The translations under genes were made by a program, and so were the position numbers. A model generated the notes under the pieces. It did no database searches. It had not been told where the DNA came from and saw nothing but the letters and a program-made list of their open reading frames with translations. A stretch of DNA of 64,000 nt, from assembly GCA_026936335.1 (NCBI GenBank), contig JAPMXV010000030.1, positions 248,001-312,000 of the forward strand, read 5' to 3'. Positions 35,145 through 44,900 of this stretch are shown in pieces (the stretch's first letter is position 1; the number at the start of each line of letters is the position of its first letter). The stretch comes from Mantamonas sphyraenae STR306 (Eukaryota; Protista; CRuMs).

Positions 35145-38100
35145 TCACTCATCCCCACCTCCACCCTCTTCAACCACCATCCCATGATCTTGTGGACCCT
35201 CGACCGCCTTCCTTCGTGACTTGAGTTTCTCCAGCACCAGCTTCTTTGCCGTTTCTTGCTTCTTCTTTTTGGGATTGCGGCTGGAGAACGACAGGGGCTC
35301 CTTGCCAAAAAGCCATAGATGCAGTTGCCTCACAAGGATCCCCTGTGCTCCTCTGACGTCCCTGTCGGAGAGGGGCGTCATTCCTCCGGCTTCGTGGGCC
35401 ATGTGATACATCAGCGTGTGCTTGTTGTGGTGGTTGCGGCTCACAGCACAATGAGGGCAAGTCACAACCCTGTCCCATCTCGAGAGACTGAACCCATGCG
35501 GGTGTGCAATGCCACCTCCACAGATGCATGTACTGGAAGTCATCCACTCTGCCACGTCGGCCCAGATCATGTGTCTTGCGAAAGCGTGATGGATGCGTGT
35601 GCTGAGGGACAAACCTCCGTAGAACTTCGACTGCGCAAGGTAGATCATGTTGTGCAGGCCAAATTCGTCCATCACGTTCCTCACGGACCTTACCGTGCGC
35701 AGAACATATCTCTCCAGCACATCACGCCCGTGTCGCCGCAACTGCCCGTACTTTTTCGGCTCGTCCTCCTTCTTCACCTTGGCAAGTCGGTGCAGATGCA
35801 TTTTTTCCCTGAGGTCCCGATGTGAAGGGAAGGGCAGTTTCCTTTGCCTCAATCTCCCCTGGTGCCAAAAGAAAACCACCAAGGTGTCACTGCCTCGGCC
35901 TATGTCGTTCACCAGAAACACTGTGTTCGCGATCAACCGTGTAGCCTCATCATGGTCTCTCACCGTAATCTGCTTCTTGAAGCGCACGTCGATGCGCCCG
36001 TTGCGCTTCGGCTTCCCCAGGTGCCGGAACCCGAGCTGCTGGCCAAGTGCGTCTTCAACCTCCTTGCCCAGCCCACACACGTGTGCCACGGTACACACAG
36101 TAACGAGCTTTTTCACCAGCTGTCGCTGTCGATCCTTGCTCCACTGGGAGTGGCTTTTGCTGCCTTGGTGTTGTGTCGCGTCTTTGTCATCACTCTCGTA
36201 TCGTCGTTCCTTGGCCGCTTCCATCGGCTCGCTGCTCTCTCCCATGTCCACAATGTCTTCCTCGCCTGCGTCATCCAGTTTGGCCCGCTTGGTGTCCTGG
36301 AGCGATGGTGGCTGCGGCTGCAGCTCGTGTTCCTCGCTCTCGTCCTCGTCTTCCTCGCGTTTCTTCTTCTTCCCCTTGCCAACGTCCTCCTTGTCCTTGT
36401 TCTTGGTCTTGGCACGCATGGCTGCAGCCGCTGCGGACACCTCTTTCTTTCTCACCTCTTTCTCAGCCCTGTCAATTGCTGCCTCCAGAGACTTCAGTGG
36501 TCGCAACATTTCACACATATCTGCACCCAATGTGCCACCTTCGACGGTGCTCGGGCGGTACACCACCAGACGAATCGGACGCTCGTGTTGGATAGTGATG
36601 CCACCTCCCCACTGCTTCAGGGTGTTGGATTGCATGGAGTCCACCAGCGTAGGCCAGAGCAGCAAAAGCGGCAACAATGCACGTGTCTCTGGGCCAATCT
36701 TCTGGTCCCTTTGGTTGTTGTTCAGTGCCGGCAGGCGCCAGACCCTGGACTGTTCAAACTTCATGACGACCATGAAGATGGCACTGTGTGTGCAGATATC
36801 CTCCATCACCACATCATCCCATTTTTCCTCTGCTGCACGCTGCTTGCTTGCTTGCAAATCAACGTTGTGATGCTTTGCCCAGCTGTTGAATAGAGGTGCC
36901 AGCCCCCCCTGCCAAAGGGTCCCGGTGATGGTGAAGGATTTCGACGTTGATGCGAAATGTCGCCCCGCCTGGGCGTAGGCACGAATCTCCTCCGGCGTCA
37001 CGTTCTCCTTTTCCGTCCTTTTCTTCTTCAGAAACTCGCGATACGTGTAGCGCTCGTCCAGGCCCTGAAGCACATCCACGTACTGGATGTAGTCCGTCTT
37101 GTAGAGAGCACGAACGTGTGCGTTCCACTCCTCCCACGTTCGCCTTGCCTCACCGCGGCGCTCTAGCTTCTTCCACTCTTTCAAACCGCACCCTGTGAAT
37201 GATACACCGGCCTTCTGCAATGCCCTCGTGGTACCCTTGATCGAGAAGCCCAGATGGGCAGAGACGGTCGCCGTTGCAACTTTCATCAGGTGCGCATGAG
37301 TGGGCTCCCCGTTGCTGTGCCGCCTGCAGTCCTCCATGACCTCGCCGAAACGTACCGCGACTTGGTGCTTGGTCATGTCAGCCCGCAGCTCACTTGTACA
37401 CCATTGAACCACAGTTGCCAGAAGGTTCCTGGTCAACGCAGTGACGCCCTCTCTCAGCCAGGATGGGCGAACGCTCTCTGCCGCTTTGCGTACAGCTTGT
37501 TCCGATGGCAGGACGCTGGTAGCACCACCTCCTGTGATGGCAGTGTTGATACCATCGACGACAACTCCCTTGACGTCGTCGAGGAACACGGCCAGATCGT
37601 CACCGAATCGCTGAAGCAGATCAGGCGGTCGCCTTGCTGGCACAGACGCCGTGTGGCTGTTTGCATGTGATCTTTCGACCTCGTGTATCTCCTTGTGCCG
37701 CAACACCGTTGTCGGATCTCTTCCCACGTGTGCATCGAGCTCAACTTTCAGCTGGGTCACCCGGTGCAGCAGCTGCTGTACCACGAGGCTGTCCTCCTCT
37801 TCGTCGCCAGTGCCATCCAAGCTCTCACTCAGCTCCATTTGCTCACCGTCATTGGTGCTGTGTGAGTCCTGCTCGTCCTCCTCCGGGTCCAACAAAACGA
37901 TGTCGTCCGCATCGCCTTCCTCCTCACGCTGTCGCGTGTCCATGTGGACTTCCATCGTTCTGAACACACGCCTATTGTCCTCGCACAAGAACGCGTGAGG
38001 CGTGATATCGTGTGCACGTACTTTACGCGCTTCACCGTTCTCCTGAACCACGCGAATGCGCACAACTTCCTTCTCTTTCACGTGCTCTATCTCGCGCTTG

Positions 38101-40184
38101 CCTGGGATCTCCATGCTGGTGTTCCACTCAGACAGTGGGGCTGTAAAGTCGTACAACACGCCACGCGAATGGAAACAAGCCGCGTCTGCGAGGTGCTGCT
38201 TGATCAGTGCGTTGTCCCTCCCAAACGTGTCCCCTCCCAGCTGCATGTACTGCTCCACCGTCCACGCACCGTGTGGCTCCACACCATTCATGTCTTGCAC
38301 CGTTTGCGCCTGCAGTAGAGCCAAATTCCGCCCTAGCTGCTTCCGTTTGCGCCCAACACACAGAAGCGCAGGTACCTGCTCCGGGTTGTCCTTGAGCGTG
38401 GCGTAGATGGATCTGCGTTCCGCGGGTTTGAACGTCGGTGCAGTCATCCCCGCATACATCCCCGTGACCACGCTGCCGTGGAAGGTCCTGCCAATGTCCC
38501 GCCGCTGCATGGTCCGCATCCAAAATTTTGTGTGTCCCACGTCCTGGTCCACAACCTGGTCCACAACCTCCACCAACATCTCGTCGGCCTCCACCTCGTC
38601 CATCCCATCCAACATCTTGTCCACCACAACCTCGCCCTCCGCTTCACCCACCTCATCCGCCTCATTCTCTTCGTTCCTGGAATCCGCTTGCACACGTGTC
38701 CGTTCGTCCGTGTCCTCCACCACAACCACAACGCCTCCCTCCTCCTCTTCCTCCTCTTCCTCCTGCGTCTCAACGGCGTCGATGTCGACGTCGGCCAGCT
38801 TTGCAAAAAGCCGTGGTTCGGTTACGTTGACCATGAAGAGATCCTGCTGGCAGCCCTTGCTGTACATCATTGTTTCGGCCTTTGCATTGGATGACACCAT
38901 GGCAATGCAATGGGTGCTGCTCTGTAGCAGCTCGTCCAAGGAGATCAGGCGCTCTTCCGCCACAACACTCGTCAAAAACTCCAATCCCAAGGCAACTGCG
39001 GCCTCTCTCGCAGCAAGCACTTTTGCTTTCTTCTTGTGCTTTGCGTTTGGGTCCTGGAGCACAGAGGCGGTGACATGAGCCGTGAGGTCAGAACAGAACT
39101 GTTTCTGCTCTCCCACACAAACGTTGGTTCCGTTGCAGCGCTCCTCCAAGGAAGAGACTGTCCGCACAAAGCAGACGGGCAGGTCCGATGCCTGCAAAAT
39201 CTCTTCCAGCTGGTCTGCAAGGACTGTGCCCGTTTCGTTGAACATGAGGGGTGTGCTCACAGGACCTGAACGATCGACATGCTGAACTGCAAACACGTTG
39301 CAGTCCACCACGATGCCGTCGCAATCACAGACCTTGCTCTTGATGGTGTCCAGGTCTGCGGCGGTGTGTCGGGGTGTGTTGAAAATTTCTCGCGCCTTGG
39401 CCAATCCGCGCCTCTTGCCTTCAGTCGGCTGTTGCTGCAACTCGCTGGCCACATTGACAATCCCATCGTACGTTGCGAGTTGTTCTTCCACCATCGTACC
39501 CAAGGCTTCGATTAGGGCGTTCTTGTTCAACTTGGAGGGCACGAGAGATGCAAAGAATTCATGGCCGGCCACTTTCCGGCTACCACTTCCGATTCCGCTG
39601 CTCGAGCTGGATGACTTGGTCGTGTCTGAAGAATTCATCGTCTCCTGTGCTCCCCAGTTTCTCTTGTATGCCACCACCACTTCCATCAACGTCTCATTCT
39701 TGTTCTGGCTCAGTAGCTGGGCAAAACCTTGCTGCGTGATTTCGTCAGCTGGCTGTTGGGCGTGGCCGTCTCCATGCACGCTCATCAGAGCTTTAATGTC
39801 CTTGTGAACAAGGGAGTCCACTTTAAGCCGTTTCTTGCTCCACCTCAGGAACGTGGTTACGGTCACGGTCTCTGTGGCCCTCTTGGCAAGAGTCTCCACG
39901 CCACCCCGCAGACTCGTCGCCGCAGCGCACTTAAGAAGAGCCACCAGGGCTTCTTTGGTCAACTCCTGCACTTGCTCTTTGCTGACATATTGTACGCCGT
40001 CGTCTTCGTCGTCGTCGTCGTCTTCGTCATTCGATCTGCCGGCTACACCAGTGGCGTACTCGACAACGGGTGGTTCAGGCGGGTCTGTCGGCGTGGTGAA
40101 GACTAGATCGATGTGTCCGAGATCTTCTTGGGCACTCCGCAGCCGAGGAACCTGCTCAACAAGCTTCTGCAACTCGTCTTCCAT
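35145..40184 (-). CDS. Giant Fanzor (eukaryotic TnpB/OMEGA RNA-guided nuclease), 1,679 aa, intronless
   Basis: RuvC-I LVNDIG (D1427), VAEWMTSSTCICG (E1546 plus Zn ligands), RVVTCPHC and RuvC-III SDRDVRGAQGI (D1609), followed by the basic tail RNPKKKK. Confidence 0.85.
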   Translation of the reverse strand: MEDELQKLVEQVPRLRSAQEDLGHIDLVFTTPTDPPEPPVVEYATGVAGRSNDEDDDDDEDDGVQYVSKEQVQELTKEALVALLKCAAATSLRGGVETLAKRATETVTVTTFLRWSKKRLKVDSLVHKDIKALMSVHGDGHAQQPADEITQQGFAQLLSQNKNETLMEVVVAYKRNWGAQETMNSSDTTKSSSSSSGIGSGSRKVAGHEFFASLVPSKLNKNALIEALGTMVEEQLATYDGIVNVASELQQQPTEGKRRGLAKAREIFNTPRHTAADLDTIKSKVCDCDGIVVDCNVFAVQHVDRSGPVSTPLMFNETGTVLADQLEEILQASDLPVCFVRTVSSLEERCNGTNVCVGEQKQFCSDLTAHVTASVLQDPNAKHKKKAKVLAAREAAVALGLEFLTSVVAEERLISLDELLQSSTHCIAMVSSNAKAETMMYSKGCQQDLFMVNVTEPRLFAKLADVDIDAVETQEEEEEEEEGGVVVVVEDTDERTRVQADSRNEENEADEVGEAEGEVVVDKMLDGMDEVEADEMLVEVVDQVVDQDVGHTKFWMRTMQRRDIGRTFHGSVVTGMYAGMTAPTFKPAERRSIYATLKDNPEQVPALLCVGRKRKQLGRNLALLQAQTVQDMNGVEPHGAWTVEQYMQLGGDTFGRDNALIKQHLADAACFHSRGVLYDFTAPLSEWNTSMEIPGKREIEHVKEKEVVRIRVVQENGEARKVRAHDITPHAFLCEDNRRVFRTMEVHMDTRQREEEGDADDIVLLDPEEDEQDSHSTNDGEQMELSESLDGTGDEEEDSLVVQQLLHRVTQLKVELDAHVGRDPTTVLRHKEIHEVERSHANSHTASVPARRPPDLLQRFGDDLAVFLDDVKGVVVDGINTAITGGGATSVLPSEQAVRKAAESVRPSWLREGVTALTRNLLATVVQWCTSELRADMTKHQVAVRFGEVMEDCRRHSNGEPTHAHLMKVATATVSAHLGFSIKGTTRALQKAGVSFTGCGLKEWKKLERRGEARRTWEEWNAHVRALYKTDYIQYVDVLQGLDERYTYREFLKKKRTEKENVTPEEIRAYAQAGRHFASTSKSFTITGTLWQGGLAPLFNSWAKHHNVDLQASKQRAAEEKWDDVVMEDICTHSAIFMVVMKFEQSRVWRLPALNNNQRDQKIGPETRALLPLLLLWPTLVDSMQSNTLKQWGGGITIQHERPIRLVVYRPSTVEGGTLGADMCEMLRPLKSLEAAIDRAEKEVRKKEVSAAAAAMRAKTKNKDKEDVGKGKKKKREEDEDESEEHELQPQPPSLQDTKRAKLDDAGEEDIVDMGESSEPMEAAKERRYESDDKDATQHQGSKSHSQWSKDRQRQLVKKLVTVCTVAHVCGLGKEVEDALGQQLGFRHLGKPKRNGRIDVRFKKQITVRDHDEATRLIANTVFLVNDIGRGSDTLVVFFWHQGRLRQRKLPFPSHRDLREKMHLHRLAKVKKEDEPKKYGQLRRHGRDVLERYVLRTVRSVRNVMDEFGLHNMIYLAQSKFYGGLSLSTRIHHAFARHMIWADVAEWMTSSTCICGGGIAHPHGFSLSRWDRVVTCPHCAVSRNHHNKHTLMYHMAHEAGGMTPLSDRDVRGAQGILVRQLHLWLFGKEPLSFSSRNPKKKKQETAKKLVLEKLKSRRKAVEGPQDHGMVVEEGGGGDE

Positions 40185-41008
40185 GTGTTTGTTTTACTTG
40201 GAGGGATGCGGGGGAAACCGGCTCCGGATACCCACGTGTTTGGCCACAAGAGAACACGGGCAGTCTTTGCATACTGAACATGGCCCATATTGGTGGACGA
40301 CCATTCATTGCTGACCACCACGTCCTGACCCCGGGACTCCCTCTTGACAGTGCTGCACGCGCCCGCCTCTTCAACGTCGCTCAACGTGACCATGGCCTCA
40401 GTCGTCGTTCCCATCGAGCAATCACTTCGTGGCGCACCTTGTTCACCTTGTCGTACACAGCGTCGACTACGATCACCTGGTCCCCCGCGGACAGAGTGCT
40501 CACAATCGTTTCCAACGTCACGCCCGGGAAGGGTCGGTGTTGGCATGTGTAGGCCCATCACGACCGCATGGACTCTCTCTTTTGCAAGCAAGCGGGTGCA
40601 AGACGCCTACGCACAGGCATTTTGCATTGAAATGTGCCGGCGCGAGATGCGCCTGTTGTTGATGTGCAGCAATTGATGCAACGCTCATCCGCGGTCTAAA
40701 TATCCCCCTGGCGCCTCATACACCAAGAGTGTGGACATGGGGAAGCGCAAAAGGGAATAAATTTGCAACTTACGCCATGATACAAGTGTCAACGGGGTTG
40801 CTGGTGCCCCTGTGACCCGCTAGAGGCTGTCCATGCCACCTATTGGCAGCGTGTCCATCGTGCACGTCACAACATCGCATCCAATGGCGAGGCATGTCAA
40901 AAGCAACACTGACATCAGCTTTCCGGTTGAAAATACGGTTTGAATGATCGCTGGCGTTGATTTGTTGGAGCGCGAGGGGCGCCATGAGTGTGCACAGTGC
41001 CCTGACAA

Positions 41009-41016
41009 CTCCGTTA
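41009..41016. repeat. Target-site duplication CTCCGTTA, copy at the 5' (left) end of the element
   Basis: Identical to 34959-34966. Confidence 0.75.
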
Positions 41017-41186
41017 AAACCCCTGGATGAGTTGGTTGTGTAGGTGCTAGAGGCAGTGCTGGTGTTGATGAACGACGGAAAAAAGAGACACAATTCCTGT
41101 ATTGGTTGCGCAGCGCATTGCAGATCCCCCTCCATCAAAACCCCCTGGATGAGTTGGTGGAGGTGCTGGAGGCAGTGCTGGTGTTG
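41009..41186. repeat. Degenerate direct duplication (~60 bp) of the eIF4E 3' end: 41009-41067 vs 41130-41186
   Basis: aaaacccctggatgagttggttgtgtaggtgctagaggcagtgctggtgttg vs aaaaccccctggatgagttggtggaggtgctggaggcagtgctggtgttg. Confidence 0.85.
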
Positions 41187-42748
41187 GAAAGGGCCGACGT
41201 GTTGCTCTCGCTCCTCTTGATGGACACAGCCTTCTCGCTGAAAGCAGAGTGGGCCCTGCATGGCTTGAAAAAGGGCGGTTTGAACATGTCTGGGGCCTTG
41301 GTGTCGGTGATGAGGAGTTCGCGCACGCGGTCGACCACTGTGGATTGCTCCTGGTTGACTCGTCCACACCACAACTGCACAATGTCGTCGTGCTGGCGCA
41401 TGCTGACGGTGAGGCCGAGGATCTCGTCCCCTTTGCCCAGATGGCCTTCAAACTGCTCGCCGATGCAGGCCAGCACGAGTTCCCTCCAAATGCGGTTGGT
41501 GAACTGCTTCTTGACGCGGAACACCCAAAAGCCGCCTTCGCAGGTGCGCGGATCTTCCCAGATGGGCTTCACCCCCTCGCGCATCATATGGTAGCTGCTC
41601 TTTGCCGTCAGCTTGTCCAGCGGAGGCAAGTTGTTGAACGTGGCCCAGAAGTCCTTCACGTTGTCAAACTGGTAGATCATGTTCAGGTTGTCCTCGTAGT
41701 CCTCGGCGGTTTTCCCGCCACCAATGTACTGTGAGCGCGGCCAGTGCGTCGGAACTGGGTGTCAGAGGGCATACGCGAGCGTGGATTGTGTGTGCGTGTC
41801 ATTTTGGAGCACAACGGGGCAGGGCAAGGTGTGTGTGTGTGCGTGTGTGTGTGCGCGCGGGGTTTCGAGAGGGGAACGGAAACGTTCGCGCGGGAAACGT
41901 ACACAATCGTGCCAGAAGCACCAAGTATGCTCGAGCTGGGGCACGTCGGGCTCCTCTTGGTCGTCGTCGTCCTGGAGCAACGAATCGTCTTGGGAACTGG
42001 CCACCACATCGTCGTCGTCGTCGTCGTCGCTGTCCTGCGTTACAAACGCCTCTTCGCTCTTTCCGGCACCGTTGATGACATCCACGCGCTTGGGCGAGAA
42101 CAGCAGCGACTCGTCTGCGTTGGCCCCAATGGGTTCCGGGTTGCGGTGTGTCTGCACGCTGGGTTTCTGCGTCTGCGTCTCTGAGCTCTCGCTGCTGTTC
42201 GACGTTTCCTCCGTCTCCTCTTGCTGCTGCTGCTGCTGCTGCTGGGCTTCCTCCTTGGCCGCAGCTGCAGCCTTTTCCTCTTCCTGCTGCTTCTTGTACT
42301 CGCGCCACGAACCCGGCCCACTGCTCTTGGTGCTCTGCTGCGTCGTGGTCTGCTCTTCCGTCCGGCTCGAGTTGCTACTGTTGCTGTTCGACCCTTGGTA
42401 GCCAGAATTCGACCCGCCGTTGCCGCGACCTCCGCCGCGACCTCCACCACCACGTCCGCCTCCACGGCCGCCGCTGTAGTTGCCACGTCCACCCGACTGC
42501 GACCGCGGTTGATATCCGCCGCGTCCTGCGCCGCCGCCGCCGCCGCTGCCGCCGCTGCTGCTGCGCCGGTTCCCGCTTCCACCATTCCCGTCCTGCGAAC
42601 GAGTGCGCGTTGTCCGCTGCTGGCCGCCTCCGCTGCCTCCACTGCCTCCGCCTCCGCTCCCTCGTCGCACCCCTCCGCCACGGCCGTTTCCGCCGCCCGA
42701 TGTGTTGCTGTTTGTGCCACGGTTGTGGTAGGTTCGTCCAGATGACAT
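41135..42748 (-). CDS. Cap-binding protein eIF4E (class III/eIF4E3-like) with RGG/Q-rich N-terminal extension; intron ~41730-41901
   Basis: LEHTWCFWHD, DFWATFNNLP, SYHMMREGVKPIWED..GGFW and WRELVLACIGEQF. Confidence 0.88.
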
Positions 42749-42825
42749 GGAGAGAAGGAGTGGCCGGCGCGGCGCGTCCTGGCCGCAAACCGATCTCCAG
42801 CCGGACTGCAAAGAATTGAACACAC

Positions 42826-44263
42826 ATGGACATCGAAACCACCGCCACAACTGCCAGTGTCAGTGTTCACACAAAGGTCGAAGAGCAACTGGATGTGGAC
42901 GTTGACGACGATGCCTTGGATGTCGACGACACCGTCACCACGTCCAGCAGCAGCAGCAGCAGCAGCAGTATGACCATGCAGCAGGACGGGTCCCTTGTGG
43001 AGACCGAGGAACACGACGTGGCTCCGTCACTGCTCATGCACCCTCGTTTCCTGGTCCAGTTGGAGAGCCACTACCCGCTGAACACAGACAAACCCATGTG
43101 CCTGGGAATCGACGAAGCTGGCCGTGGCCCTGTCCTCGGACCCATGGTCTACGGCACTGCGTTTTGGCCCATTGAACAGGGCAAGGAGCTTGCAAAGCTG
43201 GGCTTTGACGGTCAGTGTTCCTCTCTCTCCTCTTCCCGAGGAAAACGCCGTGCTGCGTTTTCGCCGCGCCCTGATCAGACCTGATCAGCTCCAGCTCCCG
43301 TTCCGCCCCTCCTGGCCTCCCACAGCCTCCTCCACTGACACATACGCGTGCCCACCCGTGTCCCACACATGCCAAAGATTCAAAGAAGTTGAAGGAGAGT
43401 GAGCGCGACAACCTGTTTGACATCATCAAGGGCCACAAGGACATTGGCTGGCAGGTCATTGTCATTTCGCCCGAGGAGATGTCAGCCAAGATGCTGCGCA
43501 AGTAAGTTTGGCCCTCCCACTCCCCAAACAGTTCCACCAGCAGGCGGTGCTGCCACCCGCCCACCGTTTTCACCCTGCAGCGGTGCAGGACGTCGTGTGA
43601 TGTTGGTGTGGTGTCCTTCTGACTCTTCCTCGCTGTCGCTGTCGCGCACAGGGCCAAGTACAATCTGAACGCAATCTCGCACGACGCAGCCATCGAACTG
43701 ATCCGTCGCACGCTGGAGCGTGGCGTGAACCTGACCGAGGTGTACGTGGACACCGTGGGCAAGCCCGAAGCGTACCAGGCACGGCTGTCGCAAATCTTTC
43801 CGCAGCTTCAGATCACTGTGGCCAGCAAGCCGACTCGTTGTACCCCGTGGTGAGTGCAGCGAGCATCTGTGCAAAGGTCACACGCGACGAGGTGCTCCGC
43901 GACTGGGTGTTTGGTGAAGAGGGCCTCGAAACACATCGCGAGTTTGGTTCGGGCTATCCAGGGCAGGCAAAGACCAAAAAGTGGCTGTCTGATCACATGG
44001 ACCCTGTGTTTGGCTTCCCTTCCGTGGCTCGCTTCAGCTGGAAGACCTGCTCAAACATGCTCAAGGAGGGCGGCGTTGGCATGGAGTGGTACGACGACGC
44101 CACCATTGAGGAGGACATGGACAAGAGTTACGACATGGGCCAGAAGCACATCCCAAAGGGAGAGCGCATGAAGCAGCGCAAACTCTTTGAGCAGCCGGGC
44201 AAGAGTGTCTCCCGATCCGCCTACTTTCGAGACCGTTCTATGGACATTGTCACTGACTTGTGA
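42826..44263 (+). CDS. RNASEH2A: Ribonuclease H2 catalytic subunit A; two introns, frameshift at ~43830
   Basis: [43 protein letters not shown] and FGSGYP. Confidence 0.93.
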
Positions 44264-44328
44264 TCCCTCCTGCTCCCCCCCACACGACTCATTCTTCTCT
44301 GAATGAACTGTACAGCTGATTCATGCAT

Positions 44329-44802
44329 TCATTCCGCCTTGATTCCGTCGAGCTGGCTGCGCTGTACTACAGCTGCGCTTCGCTCACCTTTTCGAAGCTC
44401 CTGTGTCCGTGTCTGCACCAGTCCCATCACCTGGTTTTCACTCGGCACTTCATCCTTCACCTTTTCGATTTGCTGTGTGTGTTGTGTGTGCGTGTGGTTT
44501 CCGCGTGTGTCAGGACACAAGCCACGCTCCTGCCTCCGGTTCATCAGCCATTCCCCTCATACACAGCCTCTCGTTGCCATTTCACGTTGCCATCGCAACC
44601 TTTTGCAACGTTTGCCTCCCATCCCTTGGCTGCAGGACGGCGCATTGCGACGTGGGGGCAATCGACCGCCGGAACATTCACCTACCAAGTGCAACACCGG
44701 CGCCGGAGGGTCGTTAAAGTACACCACCGCACCCACGGGCAGCACCAGATAAATGGAAAACTTGATGGCTTCCAAAACCTTGCGCTTGGTGATGATGAGC
44801 AT
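44329..44802 (-). CDS. Small membrane protein, possibly a PET100-like COX assembly factor; one intron
   Basis: KVLEAIKFSIYLVLPVGAVVYFNDP resembles the PET100 N-terminus. The second exon QIEKVKDEVP..GIKAE* follows a CA-rich intron. Confidence 0.5.
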
Positions 44803-44900
44803 GATGGGATGAGTGCGTTTGGGTTGTGCTGGCCGATCGCTCGCGTCGCCTCCCTCCTTGCCCGCTGTTGCGCGAGCGCCACCAAAACAATCCACCACCG

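Larger units (their letters stand above)
34967..41008 (-). mobile_element. Non-autonomous Fanzor-carrying DNA transposon, 6,042 bp
   Basis: Exact 8-bp flanking direct repeat CTCCGTTA (34959-34966 and 41009-41016). Termini are TTGT...ACAA with inverted CTGTGCACA at 34984-34992 and 40989-40997. The empty-site reconstruction matches the paralogous sequence at 41122-41186. Confidence 0.75.

Noticed and set aside
35647-36893. Plus-strand ORFs inside the element as a possible transposase
   Set aside because: They are Ser/Leu-rich antisense shadows of the Fanzor ORF with no DDE or HUH motifs.
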